Source: an uncultured bacterium | GTDB lineage: Bacteria; Oederibacteriota; PGYV01; CAWJRG01 | Reading direction: 5' to 3' | DNA length: 64,000 nt | Assembly (NCBI GenBank): GCA_963845185.1 | Contig: CAWJRG010000010.1 | Location: 704,001-768,000 of the forward strand | Translations under genes and position numbers: made by a program | The notes under the pieces: model-generated | The model's input: only the letters and a program-made list of their open reading frames with translations | Database searches by the model: none | What the model was told of the DNA's origin: nothing | Part shown: piece after piece, positions 1-8,530 of the stretch | Position numbering within the stretch: the first letter of the stretch is position 1 | How the letters are laid out: every line of letters starts with the position of its first letter

Positions 1-57
1 TGTTATTACCTCGAGGGTTATTGCTGAATAAGTTACCACTAACTTTTTTATAATACC

Positions 58-191
58 CCTTCCCCCTCGACGGGGGAAGGCTGGGATGAGGGTGATGTAG
101 CAGCTGAAAGTATTTTACTTTTCACCCATACTTTAATGCCATTTTGCCGCTGCTTCACCCTCTCCTTTTTCCTCTCCCATCGAGGGAGAGG
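58..191. repeat. REP/REPIN-like composite palindromic element, copy 1
   Basis: CCTTCCCCCTCGACGGGGGAAGG..GATGAGGGTGA and an inverted TCACCCTC..CCTCTCCCATCGAGGGAGAGG; same architecture at 2342-2481. Confidence 0.8.
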
Positions 192-194
192 ATA

Positions 195-214
195 CCACCG
201 ACTTTAGTCGGTGG
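195..214. repeat. Hairpin CCACCGACT-TT-AGTCGGTGG (REP-like or terminator)
   Basis: Perfect 9-bp inverted repeat just downstream of the 239-925 gene. Confidence 0.6.
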
Positions 215-238
215 ATTAGATTTTCATTAAACTCTCAA

Positions 239-925
239 TTACAATTTCACGCTGTATATCATTATCCCGCCCGGGTCATATTCTATTTTTTTAATGGGCT
301 TGCCGCTGCGGTATTCAATCTCGACTTTTAAATTGCCTGTTTCGTAATATGCCTTGAAACTGCCCTCTTCTTTTCCGTCCCTGTAATAAACTTCGCTTTT
401 TAGAAACTTGTTTTTATAGTATGACCTGCTCATGCCGCTCATTTTGCCGAATACGTAGGGCAGCTCGAGCATTAAAACTCCGTCCCTGTAATACCATTTT
501 TCAACGCCGTTTTTAATCCCCCTTTTGTAAGGTGTCTCGCTTTTAATCTCGCCTGACTCGTAATACTCTTTTTCGACGCCTTCCTTTATGCCTTCCACGT
601 AAACGGTTTCAAACCACAACTCGCCTGTTTCATAAAATATTTTTTCAATGCCGTTGATTGTGCCTGATTCATAAGGCGCTTCCACCCATAAAACCCCGTT
701 TTCATGATGCTGCTTCAGTATGCCTTCCTTTGGCATGCCGTCCGGCTCGTATTCAACCTGTTTTATCCTGAAATCCGTTTTATATTCTGTAACATTTTTC
801 AAATTGCCGGACTCGTAGTACTCCCTTTCAATGCCGTCCTTTAAGTTATCTTTGTATGTGGTTTCTTTCCATAAAGCGCCGTTGTTGTAATATTCTTTCA
901 TTATCCCGTTGAGTAGTTTAGCCAT
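239..925 (-). CDS. MORN-variant repeat protein (YwqK-like antitoxin family)
   Basis: Repeated YYESG.LK.E..YK.G.K.G units. Confidence 0.8.
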   Translation of the reverse strand: MAKLLNGIMKEYYNNGALWKETTYKDNLKDGIEREYYESGNLKNVTEYKTDFRIKQVEYEPDGMPKEGILKQHHENGVLWVEAPYESGTINGIEKIFYETGELWFETVYVEGIKEGVEKEYYESGEIKSETPYKRGIKNGVEKWYYRDGVLMLELPYVFGKMSGMSRSYYKNKFLKSEVYYRDGKEEGSFKAYYETGNLKVEIEYRSGKPIKKIEYDPGGIMIYSVKL

Positions 926-953
926 GATTTTTTACCCTATTCCCTAAGTGAAG

Positions 954-1028
954 TGGAGGCGGCGATCGGAATTGAACCGATGAATAAGGGTTTTGCAGAC
1001 CCGTGCCTTACCACTTGGCTACGCCGCC
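954..1028 (-). tRNA. tRNA-Cys (GCA)
   Basis: Reverse complement GGCGGCGTAGCCAAGTGGTAAGGCACGGGTCTGCAAAACCC...GGTTCAATTCCGATCGCCGCCTCCA; cloverleaf with encoded CCA. Confidence 0.97.
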
Positions 1029-1062
1029 TGTTGCGTTTTGAATGATTAAATATACTTCTAAA

Positions 1063-2322
1063 CTAAGTGCCTTCCTGCCATGAACTTAAATATTTTACCT
1101 GCTCCGGCGTAAGTTTCTCGAGCTTTACGCCCATTGACTTTAATTTCAGTTTCGCTATTTTCCTGTCTATATCTTCAGGGACATTATAAACTTTTTTCTG
1201 AAGTTTCTTGCCCATTTTAACCATGTATTCAGCGCCTTTTGCCTGGTTTGCAAAGCTCATATCCATGACCATTGCCGGGTGGCCTTCTGCAGCCGCGAGG
1301 TTTACCAGCCTGCCCTCTGCGAGCGCACTAATTGTCCTGCCGTTTTTAAGCTTGTATTCGACGACAAAAGCCCTGGGCACTTTTTTTGATACGGCAATTT
1401 TTTCAAGCGCCGACAAATCGATTTCCACGTTGAAATGGCCTGAGTTTGCCACTATTGCCCCGTCTTTCATTTTTAAGAAATGTTCTTTTCTTATTACGTT
1501 TATGTCTCCGGTAACCGTAACAAAAATATCTCCTTTGGCAGAAGCTTCAGACATGGGCATGACTGAATACCCGTCCATCCTTGCCTCGAGCGCTTTTATC
1601 GGGTCTATTTCAGTAACTATAACGTTTGCGCCAGCACCGGACGCCCTCATAGCCAGGCCTTTGCCGCACCAGCCGTAGCCTGCTATCACAAAATTCAGCC
1701 CCGCAATAAGCGAATTTGTGGCGCGTAAAATGCCGTCTATGGTCGACTGGCCCGTACCGTACCTGTTGTCAAAAAAATGTTTTGTCATTGCCTCGTTTAC
1801 CGCTATTATCGGGTAAGCAAGCACACCGTCTTTTTCCATTGCTTTTAACCTTATCACGCCTGTCGTTGTCTCTTCTGTGCCGCCTATTATTCCCGGAATG
1901 AGGTGCCTGTGTGTCTTGTGTATCACTGAAACTGTATCTGCGCCGTCGTCCATGGTCATGGTGGGCTTGTATGCCAGGGCCGAAAGTATATGAGAATAAT
2001 AAACCTTGTTTGACTCGCCTTTGATAGCGAACACGGGGATTTTGAAATGCTTGACAAGCGCTGCTGCCACGTCATCCTGCGTGGACAGCGGGTTAGACGC
2101 ACAGGCAACCACGTTTGCGCCTCCCTCTTTCAATGTCCACAATAGGTTTGCCGTTTCTGTGGTAATGTGAAGGCATGCCACAAGTGTCTGGCCGCTTAAA
2201 GGCTTGCTTTTCTTAAAATCCTGCCTTATAAGCCGCAGGACCGGCATGTTTTTTTCGCTCCATTCTATCCTTTTTTTTCCTGCTTCAGCAAGTTTTAAAT
2301 TTTTTACGTCGTATTTTTTCAT
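1063..2322 (-). CDS. ahcY: Adenosylhomocysteinase
   Basis: [24 protein letters not shown] and GHP motifs. Confidence 0.97.
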   Translation of the reverse strand: MKKYDVKNLKLAEAGKKRIEWSEKNMPVLRLIRQDFKKSKPLSGQTLVACLHITTETANLLWTLKEGGANVVACASNPLSTQDDVAAALVKHFKIPVFAIKGESNKVYYSHILSALAYKPTMTMDDGADTVSVIHKTHRHLIPGIIGGTEETTTGVIRLKAMEKDGVLAYPIIAVNEAMTKHFFDNRYGTGQSTIDGILRATNSLIAGLNFVIAGYGWCGKGLAMRASGAGANVIVTEIDPIKALEARMDGYSVMPMSEASAKGDIFVTVTGDINVIRKEHFLKMKDGAIVANSGHFNVEIDLSALEKIAVSKKVPRAFVVEYKLKNGRTISALAEGRLVNLAAAEGHPAMVMDMSFANQAKGAEYMVKMGKKLQKKVYNVPEDIDRKIAKLKLKSMGVKLEKLTPEQVKYLSSWQEGT

Positions 2323-2341
2323 TTATGCCTCCGTAAACTTT

Positions 2342-2481
2342 CCTTCCCCCTCGATGGGGGAAGGTCAGGATGGGGGTGAAGTAGCGGCTACACTCAAATA
2401 ATGAGCAATGCTATTTTTTAATAAATAGTTTTTACTGCTTCTTCACCCTCACCCTTTACCCTCTCCCGTCAAGGGAGAGGG
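2342..2481. repeat. REP/REPIN-like composite palindromic element, copy 2
   Basis: CCTTCCCCCTCGATGGGGGAAGG..GGGGGTGAAG ... CTTCACCCTCACCC..CCCTCTCCCGTCAAGGGAGAGGG. Confidence 0.8.
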
Positions 2482-2514
2482 TATAAAATTGGTTAGTCTC
2501 CAAATTTAATATTT

Positions 2515-3723
2515 TTATTTTTTTGTTTTGCTTTTCTTTTTACTTTTTGCCTTTTTTGCTTTAACTTTTGGTTTTGCGCCGAAAGCTTCTTTTCTCATGG
2601 CAGCCGCCACGTCTGTGCTTTCCCATGTAAAATCCTTGTCATTTTTTCCAAAAGGGCCATAAGAAGCGGATTTTTTATATATCGGCCTGCGCAGGTTCAA
2701 TGTTTCCATTATTCCTTTTGGTGTAAGCTTGAAGTACCTTCTCACAAGCTCTGATATTTTTTTTTCGTCCACCTTGCCTGTGCCGAAAGTATTTATCATG
2801 ACAGACGTGGGCTCAGCCACTCCAATGGCGTAGGAAAGCTGAACCTCACACCTTTTTGCCAGTCCCGCGGCAACAATATTCTTTGCTATGTACCTTGCCA
2901 TGTAAGAAGCTGACCTGTCCACTTTCGACGGGTCTTTTCCGGAAAACGCACCGCCTCCGTGCCTGCCCATGCCTCCATAGGTGTCAACAATTATTTTTCT
3001 ACCCGTCACGCCTGTGTCTCCGAGCGGCCCGCCCACCTCAAACCTGCCTGTGGGGTTCACGAATATTTTTGTCTTTGCTGAAACCATTCTTTTTGGTATG
3101 ACAGCATCTATGACAAACTGCTTTATGTCTTTTTGTATTGTTTTAAGTTCCACGCCAGGGCCGTGCTGGGCTGAAACAACAATTGCTGTCACAGCCACAG
3201 GGTTCCCGTGCTTGTACGCGACCGATACTTGCGATTTCCCGTCAGGCCTTAAATAAGGAATAATACCCTTTTCCCTTACTTCCTGCAGGCGCTGTGTAAG
3301 CCTGTCCGCCAGTGTTATTGGCAGCGGCATGAATTCATCTGTCTCGTCAGACGCGTAACCGAACATCATTCCCTGGTCACCTGCGCCGTCCCTGTCCACG
3401 CCCATCGCGATATCGGGCGACTGCTGGCTTATGGATATTAAGACCTTACAGGTATCAGCACCTATGCCTATTTCAGGGCTTGTATAGCCTATTTCCCTGA
3501 TTGTGTCCCTTGCTATTTTTTCATAATCGACTTTTGCTTTTGTAGTGATTTCCCCTGCAACGACTACAAGCTCTTTTGCAAGCAGGGTCTCGCATGCCAC
3601 CCTTGAGTACGGGTCCTGCGCAAGGACCGCGTCAAGAACAGCATCTGAAACCTGGTCAGCGACCTTGTCGGGATGGCCCGATGTGACTGATTCTGATGTA
3701 AAAAGCCCTTCTTTTATTTCCAT
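2515..3723 (-). CDS. metK: S-adenosylmethionine synthetase
   Basis: [28 protein letters not shown]; Lys-rich C-terminal tail. Confidence 0.98.
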   Translation of the reverse strand: MEIKEGLFTSESVTSGHPDKVADQVSDAVLDAVLAQDPYSRVACETLLAKELVVVAGEITTKAKVDYEKIARDTIREIGYTSPEIGIGADTCKVLISISQQSPDIAMGVDRDGAGDQGMMFGYASDETDEFMPLPITLADRLTQRLQEVREKGIIPYLRPDGKSQVSVAYKHGNPVAVTAIVVSAQHGPGVELKTIQKDIKQFVIDAVIPKRMVSAKTKIFVNPTGRFEVGGPLGDTGVTGRKIIVDTYGGMGRHGGGAFSGKDPSKVDRSASYMARYIAKNIVAAGLAKRCEVQLSYAIGVAEPTSVMINTFGTGKVDEKKISELVRRYFKLTPKGIMETLNLRRPIYKKSASYGPFGKNDKDFTWESTDVAAAMRKEAFGAKPKVKAKKAKSKKKSKTKK

Positions 3724-3730
3724 TTTTTGC

Positions 3731-3829
3731 CTCCTAAGAGTCCGTTGATTTTGCCAAGCGTCAACAGCGAAAGCAAAATCTTACGGAATCTTACACCCGC
3801 TCAAGTCCGAGTTCTATCCGGACAAGCGG
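3731..3829 (-). promoter_or_regulatory. Two-hairpin leader motif abutting the metK RBS (related copy upstream of cpaF)
   Basis: Stem TAAGAGTCCGTTGATTTTGC/GCAAAATCTTACGGAATCTTA plus a CCGCTCAAGTCCG/CGGACAAGCGG hairpin. Confidence 0.5.
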
Positions 3830-4007
3830 TATTTGATATCATGCTTTATTATTTACGCTAACTCTTAATTGATAATTTATATCATATATCTTATTGCTTT
3901 TCCATAAAAATATTATTGGAATTCCCTGCTTTTGAAGTGACTGGCTAAAAAATTATATTTGAATTTATTATTACGCAGTATAATAGCCTTTTTTTAGTTA
4001 ATTCCCG

Positions 4008-6035
4008 TTATTTCTTGCCTGTCGAAAGCCTGTCTGTCCTTTTTAACTTCCCTATTATATAACCTTTATCATCAATGCCTTCATGGTTAAATTCAAAAAC
4101 ATTATGCATCAATATGGTATCGCCTTCCATGCCTGTCAATTCTGATATATAAGTCACTTTTCTCGTGCCGTCTTTTAATCGGGACTGCTGGACAATTATG
4201 TCTATCGCGCTTTTTATCTGCTCCCTTATTGCTTTGACAGGCAAATCAACGCCTGCCATTAGGACCATGACTTCCATCCTGGAAAGCGCGTCCCTGGGTG
4301 AATTTGAATGAAGCGTTGTCATGGAACCCTCATGCCCGGTATTCATTGCCTGCAGCATGTCAAGAGTCTCGCCTCCTCGGCACTCTCCTACCACAATTCT
4401 GTCCGGCCTCATCCTTAATGCGTTCCTCACAAGGTCCCTTATTGTGACTTCTCCCCTGCCTTCTATATTTGCAGGCCTTGACTCAAGCCTGACAACATGT
4501 TCCTGGTTTAATTTTAATTCAGCCGAGTCCTCTATTGTCAATATCCTTTCGTCTTCCGGTATAAAAGACGACAGGACATTCAGCAGGGTTGTTTTGCCTG
4601 AGCCCGTGCCGCCTGATATAAGTATATTTTTTTTGCCGGCAACCGCGGCTTTTAAATACTCCGCGGCTTCAGGCGTAATACTCCCGTATTTCACAAGGTC
4701 GTCTGACGTGAGTTTCCTGTCTGAAAATTTTCTTATGGTCAGTACTGAACCGTCTATCGCGAGTGGAGGGATTATTGCGTTTACCCTTGAGCCGTCCGGC
4801 AGCCTCGCGTCTACATAAGGCTGGCTTTCGTCAATCCTCCTGCCGAGCGGCATGACAATCCTTTCGATTACCCTCCGCACGGTTTTCTCATCCGTGAATT
4901 TCTTGTCATAAAGAGTTAACCTGCCTTTTTTTTCGACATACACCTCATTGTATTTATTGACCATTATTTCACTTATTTCCCTGTCGACCAGCATATCCTC
5001 GATTATGCCAAGGCCAGTAACCTCGTTAAAAATATCTTTGGCAAGTACTTCCCTCGCGCTCCTGTCTGTTATGGTATTATCCATCCTGTCAAGTATGCTC
5101 CGTATTTTTGCCATTACGTTGTCAAACATCTGTTTTTTCTTTTCCGGATCGACCAGGGCATCCCTTTCCAGGTTCTTGATGTCAATCTCCTCGAACAATT
5201 CGTTATGTACGGCTTTTCTTAAGCTGCTGTATTTGTCGGTTTTTTCAACTTTTACGCTGCTTTTAACTGCAACCATTGCTGGTTCTTTTGATAGCAGCTG
5301 AGGTTCCGTTGTTTTTTCTTCAAGCGCAGTTTTATCAGCGTATTTTTCAAGCAGCTCAATATACGGCCTGGTAGACGGCATTGTTGCTATAATAGCCTCG
5401 ACAGATGCCTGCAATGATTTAATAAAGGCGCTTTTTTTGTTTTTATAATAATAAATCTCTCCCCTGCTGCCGCAGTCCTCGATTTCCTTTACAAAAGGCA
5501 GTATAGCCTGGACTTTTGTTTCCTTAAAGACTTCCTGCATATGTTCTATGATTATAAAATTATTTGTGTTTTTATTTACTATAATATTAAATAATGATGA
5601 TTGAAATTTTAAGTCAAGCAGCCTCTGCACGGTATACTGGGCATATTTTATATCAAGCGCGGTCATGGCAGTTGGTATTATAATTCTGTCGGATATTTCA
5701 AATATAATTTCCTCGGTTATCCCGTCAGTATCAATAATCAATATATCCAGTTTATCGTTGAACTTTTTAATTACTTCCCCAAATTTACTTTTGCCGGCCC
5801 ACAATAATGAAAATCTGTCTTTTGCCGGCAAATAATCATCAATATTTTTCTCCGCGCTGTATAAATGGCTTTTCTTCACGCCCGCATAAAGCTCAGTGTC
5901 ATATATTGCCTCGTTATAATCCAAAAAGCCGGTTTTTAATTTAAGCGCATCACTAAGTATTGCAGCAATATTAAGGCCTATTGTGGTTTTTCCTGTTCCT
6001 GATTTTTTATTTAGTAGTGTTATGATGTGCTTCAT
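4008..6035 (-). CDS. cpaF: Tad/Flp pilus ATPase CpaF/TadA fused to an N-terminal MinD/ParA-like (CpaE/TadZ) domain
   Basis: N-terminal KSGTGKTT; C-terminal GGTGSGKTT, LRMRPDRIVVGECRG, MNTGHEGSMTTLH. Confidence 0.9.
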   Translation of the reverse strand: MKHIITLLNKKSGTGKTTIGLNIAAILSDALKLKTGFLDYNEAIYDTELYAGVKKSHLYSAEKNIDDYLPAKDRFSLLWAGKSKFGEVIKKFNDKLDILIIDTDGITEEIIFEISDRIIIPTAMTALDIKYAQYTVQRLLDLKFQSSLFNIIVNKNTNNFIIIEHMQEVFKETKVQAILPFVKEIEDCGSRGEIYYYKNKKSAFIKSLQASVEAIIATMPSTRPYIELLEKYADKTALEEKTTEPQLLSKEPAMVAVKSSVKVEKTDKYSSLRKAVHNELFEEIDIKNLERDALVDPEKKKQMFDNVMAKIRSILDRMDNTITDRSAREVLAKDIFNEVTGLGIIEDMLVDREISEIMVNKYNEVYVEKKGRLTLYDKKFTDEKTVRRVIERIVMPLGRRIDESQPYVDARLPDGSRVNAIIPPLAIDGSVLTIRKFSDRKLTSDDLVKYGSITPEAAEYLKAAVAGKKNILISGGTGSGKTTLLNVLSSFIPEDERILTIEDSAELKLNQEHVVRLESRPANIEGRGEVTIRDLVRNALRMRPDRIVVGECRGGETLDMLQAMNTGHEGSMTTLHSNSPRDALSRMEVMVLMAGVDLPVKAIREQIKSAIDIIVQQSRLKDGTRKVTYISELTGMEGDTILMHNVFEFNHEGIDDKGYIIGKLKRTDRLSTGKK

Positions 6036-6040
6036 GTTTT

Positions 6041-6120
6041 ACCCCTAAGTAAGAATTTATTTTGCAAGCCCTCAAGGTGCAGCAAAATATTACTCTTGCT
6101 TGCACCAGCTCAAGTCTGAG
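6041..6120 (-). promoter_or_regulatory. Second copy of the RBS-proximal hairpin motif
   Basis: CCTAAG..ATTTTGC-loop-GCAAAAT.TTAC..CTTGCACCAGCTCAAGTCTGAG, matching 3733-3811. Confidence 0.5.
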
Positions 6121-6226
6121 GCCGCCAGGCTGAAAGTTAAATAGTACAGTGGACTATTTAACGGGTAGTTTCCATGGGTTAATATAATATGAAAACTACC
6201 CCAAAGCTGTGCCTGATAAATTTTTA

Positions 6227-7189
6227 TCAGCCGCCAGATATTTTCGGCGTTACAAAAATAACAAGCTCGGTTTTTTGATCAATGGTCTGGGTTGTTTTGA
6301 ATAATTCTCCCAATAAAGGAATTCCTGATATTATCGGAACCCCGCTCGTTACTTTTGATTGCTCGTTTTGAATCATACCTGCTATTACTATGGTATTCTC
6401 AGGCTCGACTGTTATAGTTGTTTCCACTTTTCTTGTTTTTAAAGCAGGCATCACACCGCCGCTTATTCCTATTTTTACCGCATTTGCGTAATCCAGATCG
6501 CTTACCTCAGCCTTTAATTTGGCGGTTATGTTATTGTCTTTCCCAATCACAGGTTCAATACCGAGGCTTACACCGTATTTTTTCCATTCCACGCTTGTAT
6601 GTCCCTGGGTATCTGTTGTCGCTATTGGAACTTCGCCTCCTGATAAAAATTCCGCATTTTTTCCATTTGCTGTTAAAAGTTTTGGTTTCGCTAGGACCTT
6701 GGCATAATTTTTTTGGACAAGAAAATCGACTATGACATCAATAGGTCCCCTCTGGAACTTGCCGAAAGCAAGCAACGGCGGGTTCTGTTCCTGTACATTG
6801 GCAGCGCTGTTTATCAATGTAGGCCAATCAACTCCGTAATTAGCCGTATCCGAATCTGTTATCTCAAGTACCTGCACATCTATTTCTATCATTGCCTCTG
6901 TTTTTACGCTGTTTTTCACATTTATAACCAGATTTTCAACACCTTGCGGAGTATATAAATTAATCACGCATGTACCTGTTTTTTTTGCCTCCACGATCAC
7001 TTCCTTGTCGGAAAGTATTGTGGCTGCTGCGATATCCTGGTTTGATATGTCGATTTTGCTGACGCTGTCCGCATTGATTACCTGCGATGTGCCTTTTTCG
7101 AGGTTTATTTGCATGCCGGTAGAAAAAATAAGATGTGTTAAAAATATAATACATGAAAAAATAAAAAAAGTTTTCCGCATGAATACCAC
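6227..7189 (-). CDS. cpaC: Tad pilus secretin (RcpA/CpaC-like)
   Basis: Signal peptide; AKVLAKPKLLTANG..AEFLSGGEVP, VP..SGIPLLGELFK, ELVIFVTP secretin motifs. Confidence 0.85.
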   Translation of the reverse strand: MVFMRKTFFIFSCIIFLTHLIFSTGMQINLEKGTSQVINADSVSKIDISNQDIAAATILSDKEVIVEAKKTGTCVINLYTPQGVENLVINVKNSVKTEAMIEIDVQVLEITDSDTANYGVDWPTLINSAANVQEQNPPLLAFGKFQRGPIDVIVDFLVQKNYAKVLAKPKLLTANGKNAEFLSGGEVPIATTDTQGHTSVEWKKYGVSLGIEPVIGKDNNITAKLKAEVSDLDYANAVKIGISGGVMPALKTRKVETTITVEPENTIVIAGMIQNEQSKVTSGVPIISGIPLLGELFKTTQTIDQKTELVIFVTPKISGG

Positions 7190-7307
7190 CTCATATCATT
7201 TTTAAATCACACCCGATTAATTGTCTTTCGCCGGAATTATACTGCAAAATTAAAACGAAAGTCAATGTTTTTATTGCAAAGGACAAACTTTTTCTATTTC
7301 GTTTAAA

Positions 7308-7338
7308 ATAAAAAAGTCCATGGGTTTACGCCCATGAA
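7308..7338 (-). terminator. Probable intrinsic terminator after nrdG
   Basis: CATGGG-TTTACG-CCCATG stem flanked by A/T tracts. Confidence 0.55.
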
Positions 7339-7482
7339 TTTTTATTTCCCGGGGCAGATTTTTGGGGGTTTTGGAGGGGATATTAAGGGGGTCTGCCCCG
7401 GAAATATTTCACTATTATTATTTCAATTTAATCGGCTTTATTCTTTGCCGCCTATTCTTTTTACCAGCAATTATTCAGGACC

Positions 7483-8172
7483 CTATATGTTAAAAATTTC
7501 CACTTTATGGGCATAATTGCCCATTATTTTTGCGAATTCTTCCAGTTCTAATTTTGAATAGGGCTTAATTCCGCGCCATGACTTATCAAGCGTCCTTTGG
7601 TTATTATATTGCTGCAAAACATAATATTCGCCGCCTTTTATTAATTCCCCTATTTTTACGAAGTCCTCTTTTTCAATCAGTTTCGGGACCACGGTTGTCC
7701 TGAATTCATAACTAACCCCTGACTTCATCACAAATTCAATACTTTCCTTTATTTTTGATGTATCTATTTCTATACCTGCTGTAAGTTTGTATTTTTCTAA
7801 TGAATTTTTAATATCCAGCGCTATATAATCGACAAGATTATCTCCGACAAGTTTTTTTATTGTTTCCGGCGAATACCCGTTTGTGTCAAGTTTTGCCTTT
7901 AATCCCATTGATTTCACCTGCCTGAAAAAATCCTCAAGATCGTTCTGCATCGTGGGTTCGCCGCCTGTTATTGTAACTGCATCAATAAACTGCCGGGTAT
8001 TATAAATATCCTCCATGACTTCCTTTTCATCTATAATATCCGAATTAACGGGTATAAGCGATGGATTATGGCAGAATGGGCATTTAAAATTGCATGGCGA
8101 CGTATAAAGCAAAGCGCATATAAGACCCGGATATTCAATGAGGGAAGCATTTAAAAAACCGTTTATTATCAT
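7483..8172 (-). CDS. nrdG: Anaerobic RNR activating radical-SAM enzyme
   Basis: CNFKCPFCHN, TGGEPT, LDTNG; adjacent to nrdD. Confidence 0.93.
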   Translation of the reverse strand: MIINGFLNASLIEYPGLICALLYTSPCNFKCPFCHNPSLIPVNSDIIDEKEVMEDIYNTRQFIDAVTITGGEPTMQNDLEDFFRQVKSMGLKAKLDTNGYSPETIKKLVGDNLVDYIALDIKNSLEKYKLTAGIEIDTSKIKESIEFVMKSGVSYEFRTTVVPKLIEKEDFVKIGELIKGGEYYVLQQYNNQRTLDKSWRGIKPYSKLELEEFAKIMGNYAHKVEIFNI

Positions 8173-8230
8173 TAATTAAAATCCTTTCATGTTATTCTTT
8201 GCTATCCTTGAATCAGCAACAAAATAGCTT

Positions 8231-8434
8231 CTAAGATACCTTGATTTCTTCCTCTTCCTGGACGATTTCAAACTCTGCCCTATCATTGAATTCTTCTTGC
8301 TTGCCGTTATTCCATTGCTTTACCGGCCTAAAATACCCGACAATCCTGCTGTAAACTTCGCACTCTGAGCCCTTAACATTTTTTAATTCTGTTTCTAAAG
8401 CCTCAATCTTTAAAAATATTTCCTGCTTTTCCAT
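8231..8434 (-). CDS. Stand-alone glycyl-radical domain of class III RNR (67 aa)
   Basis: MEKQEIF...CEVYSRIVGYFRPVKQWNNGKQEEFNDR; RBS AGGAGGGAG before the ATG at 8434. Confidence 0.88.
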   Translation of the reverse strand: MEKQEIFLKIEALETELKNVKGSECEVYSRIVGYFRPVKQWNNGKQEEFNDRAEFEIVQEEEEIKVS

Positions 8435-8530
8435 CTGCTCCCTCCTTGTTGCGTGCCACGTGATTTGTGCCGCGTGCTGCGCAAAAATACTTTTTTGCTG
8501 CACGTCACACACCCCACGTCACACATTTTT

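Noticed and set aside
954..1028. tRNA-Cys as a prophage or island attachment site
   Set aside because: No integrase and no duplicated tRNA 3' end were seen in the window.
2323..2514. SAH riboswitch upstream of ahcY
   Set aside because: The interval is filled by a REP-like element that is also present at 58-191.
3724..4007. Known SAM riboswitch upstream of metK
   Set aside because: No SAM-I, SAM-II or SMK consensus recognised; reported instead as an unknown motif.
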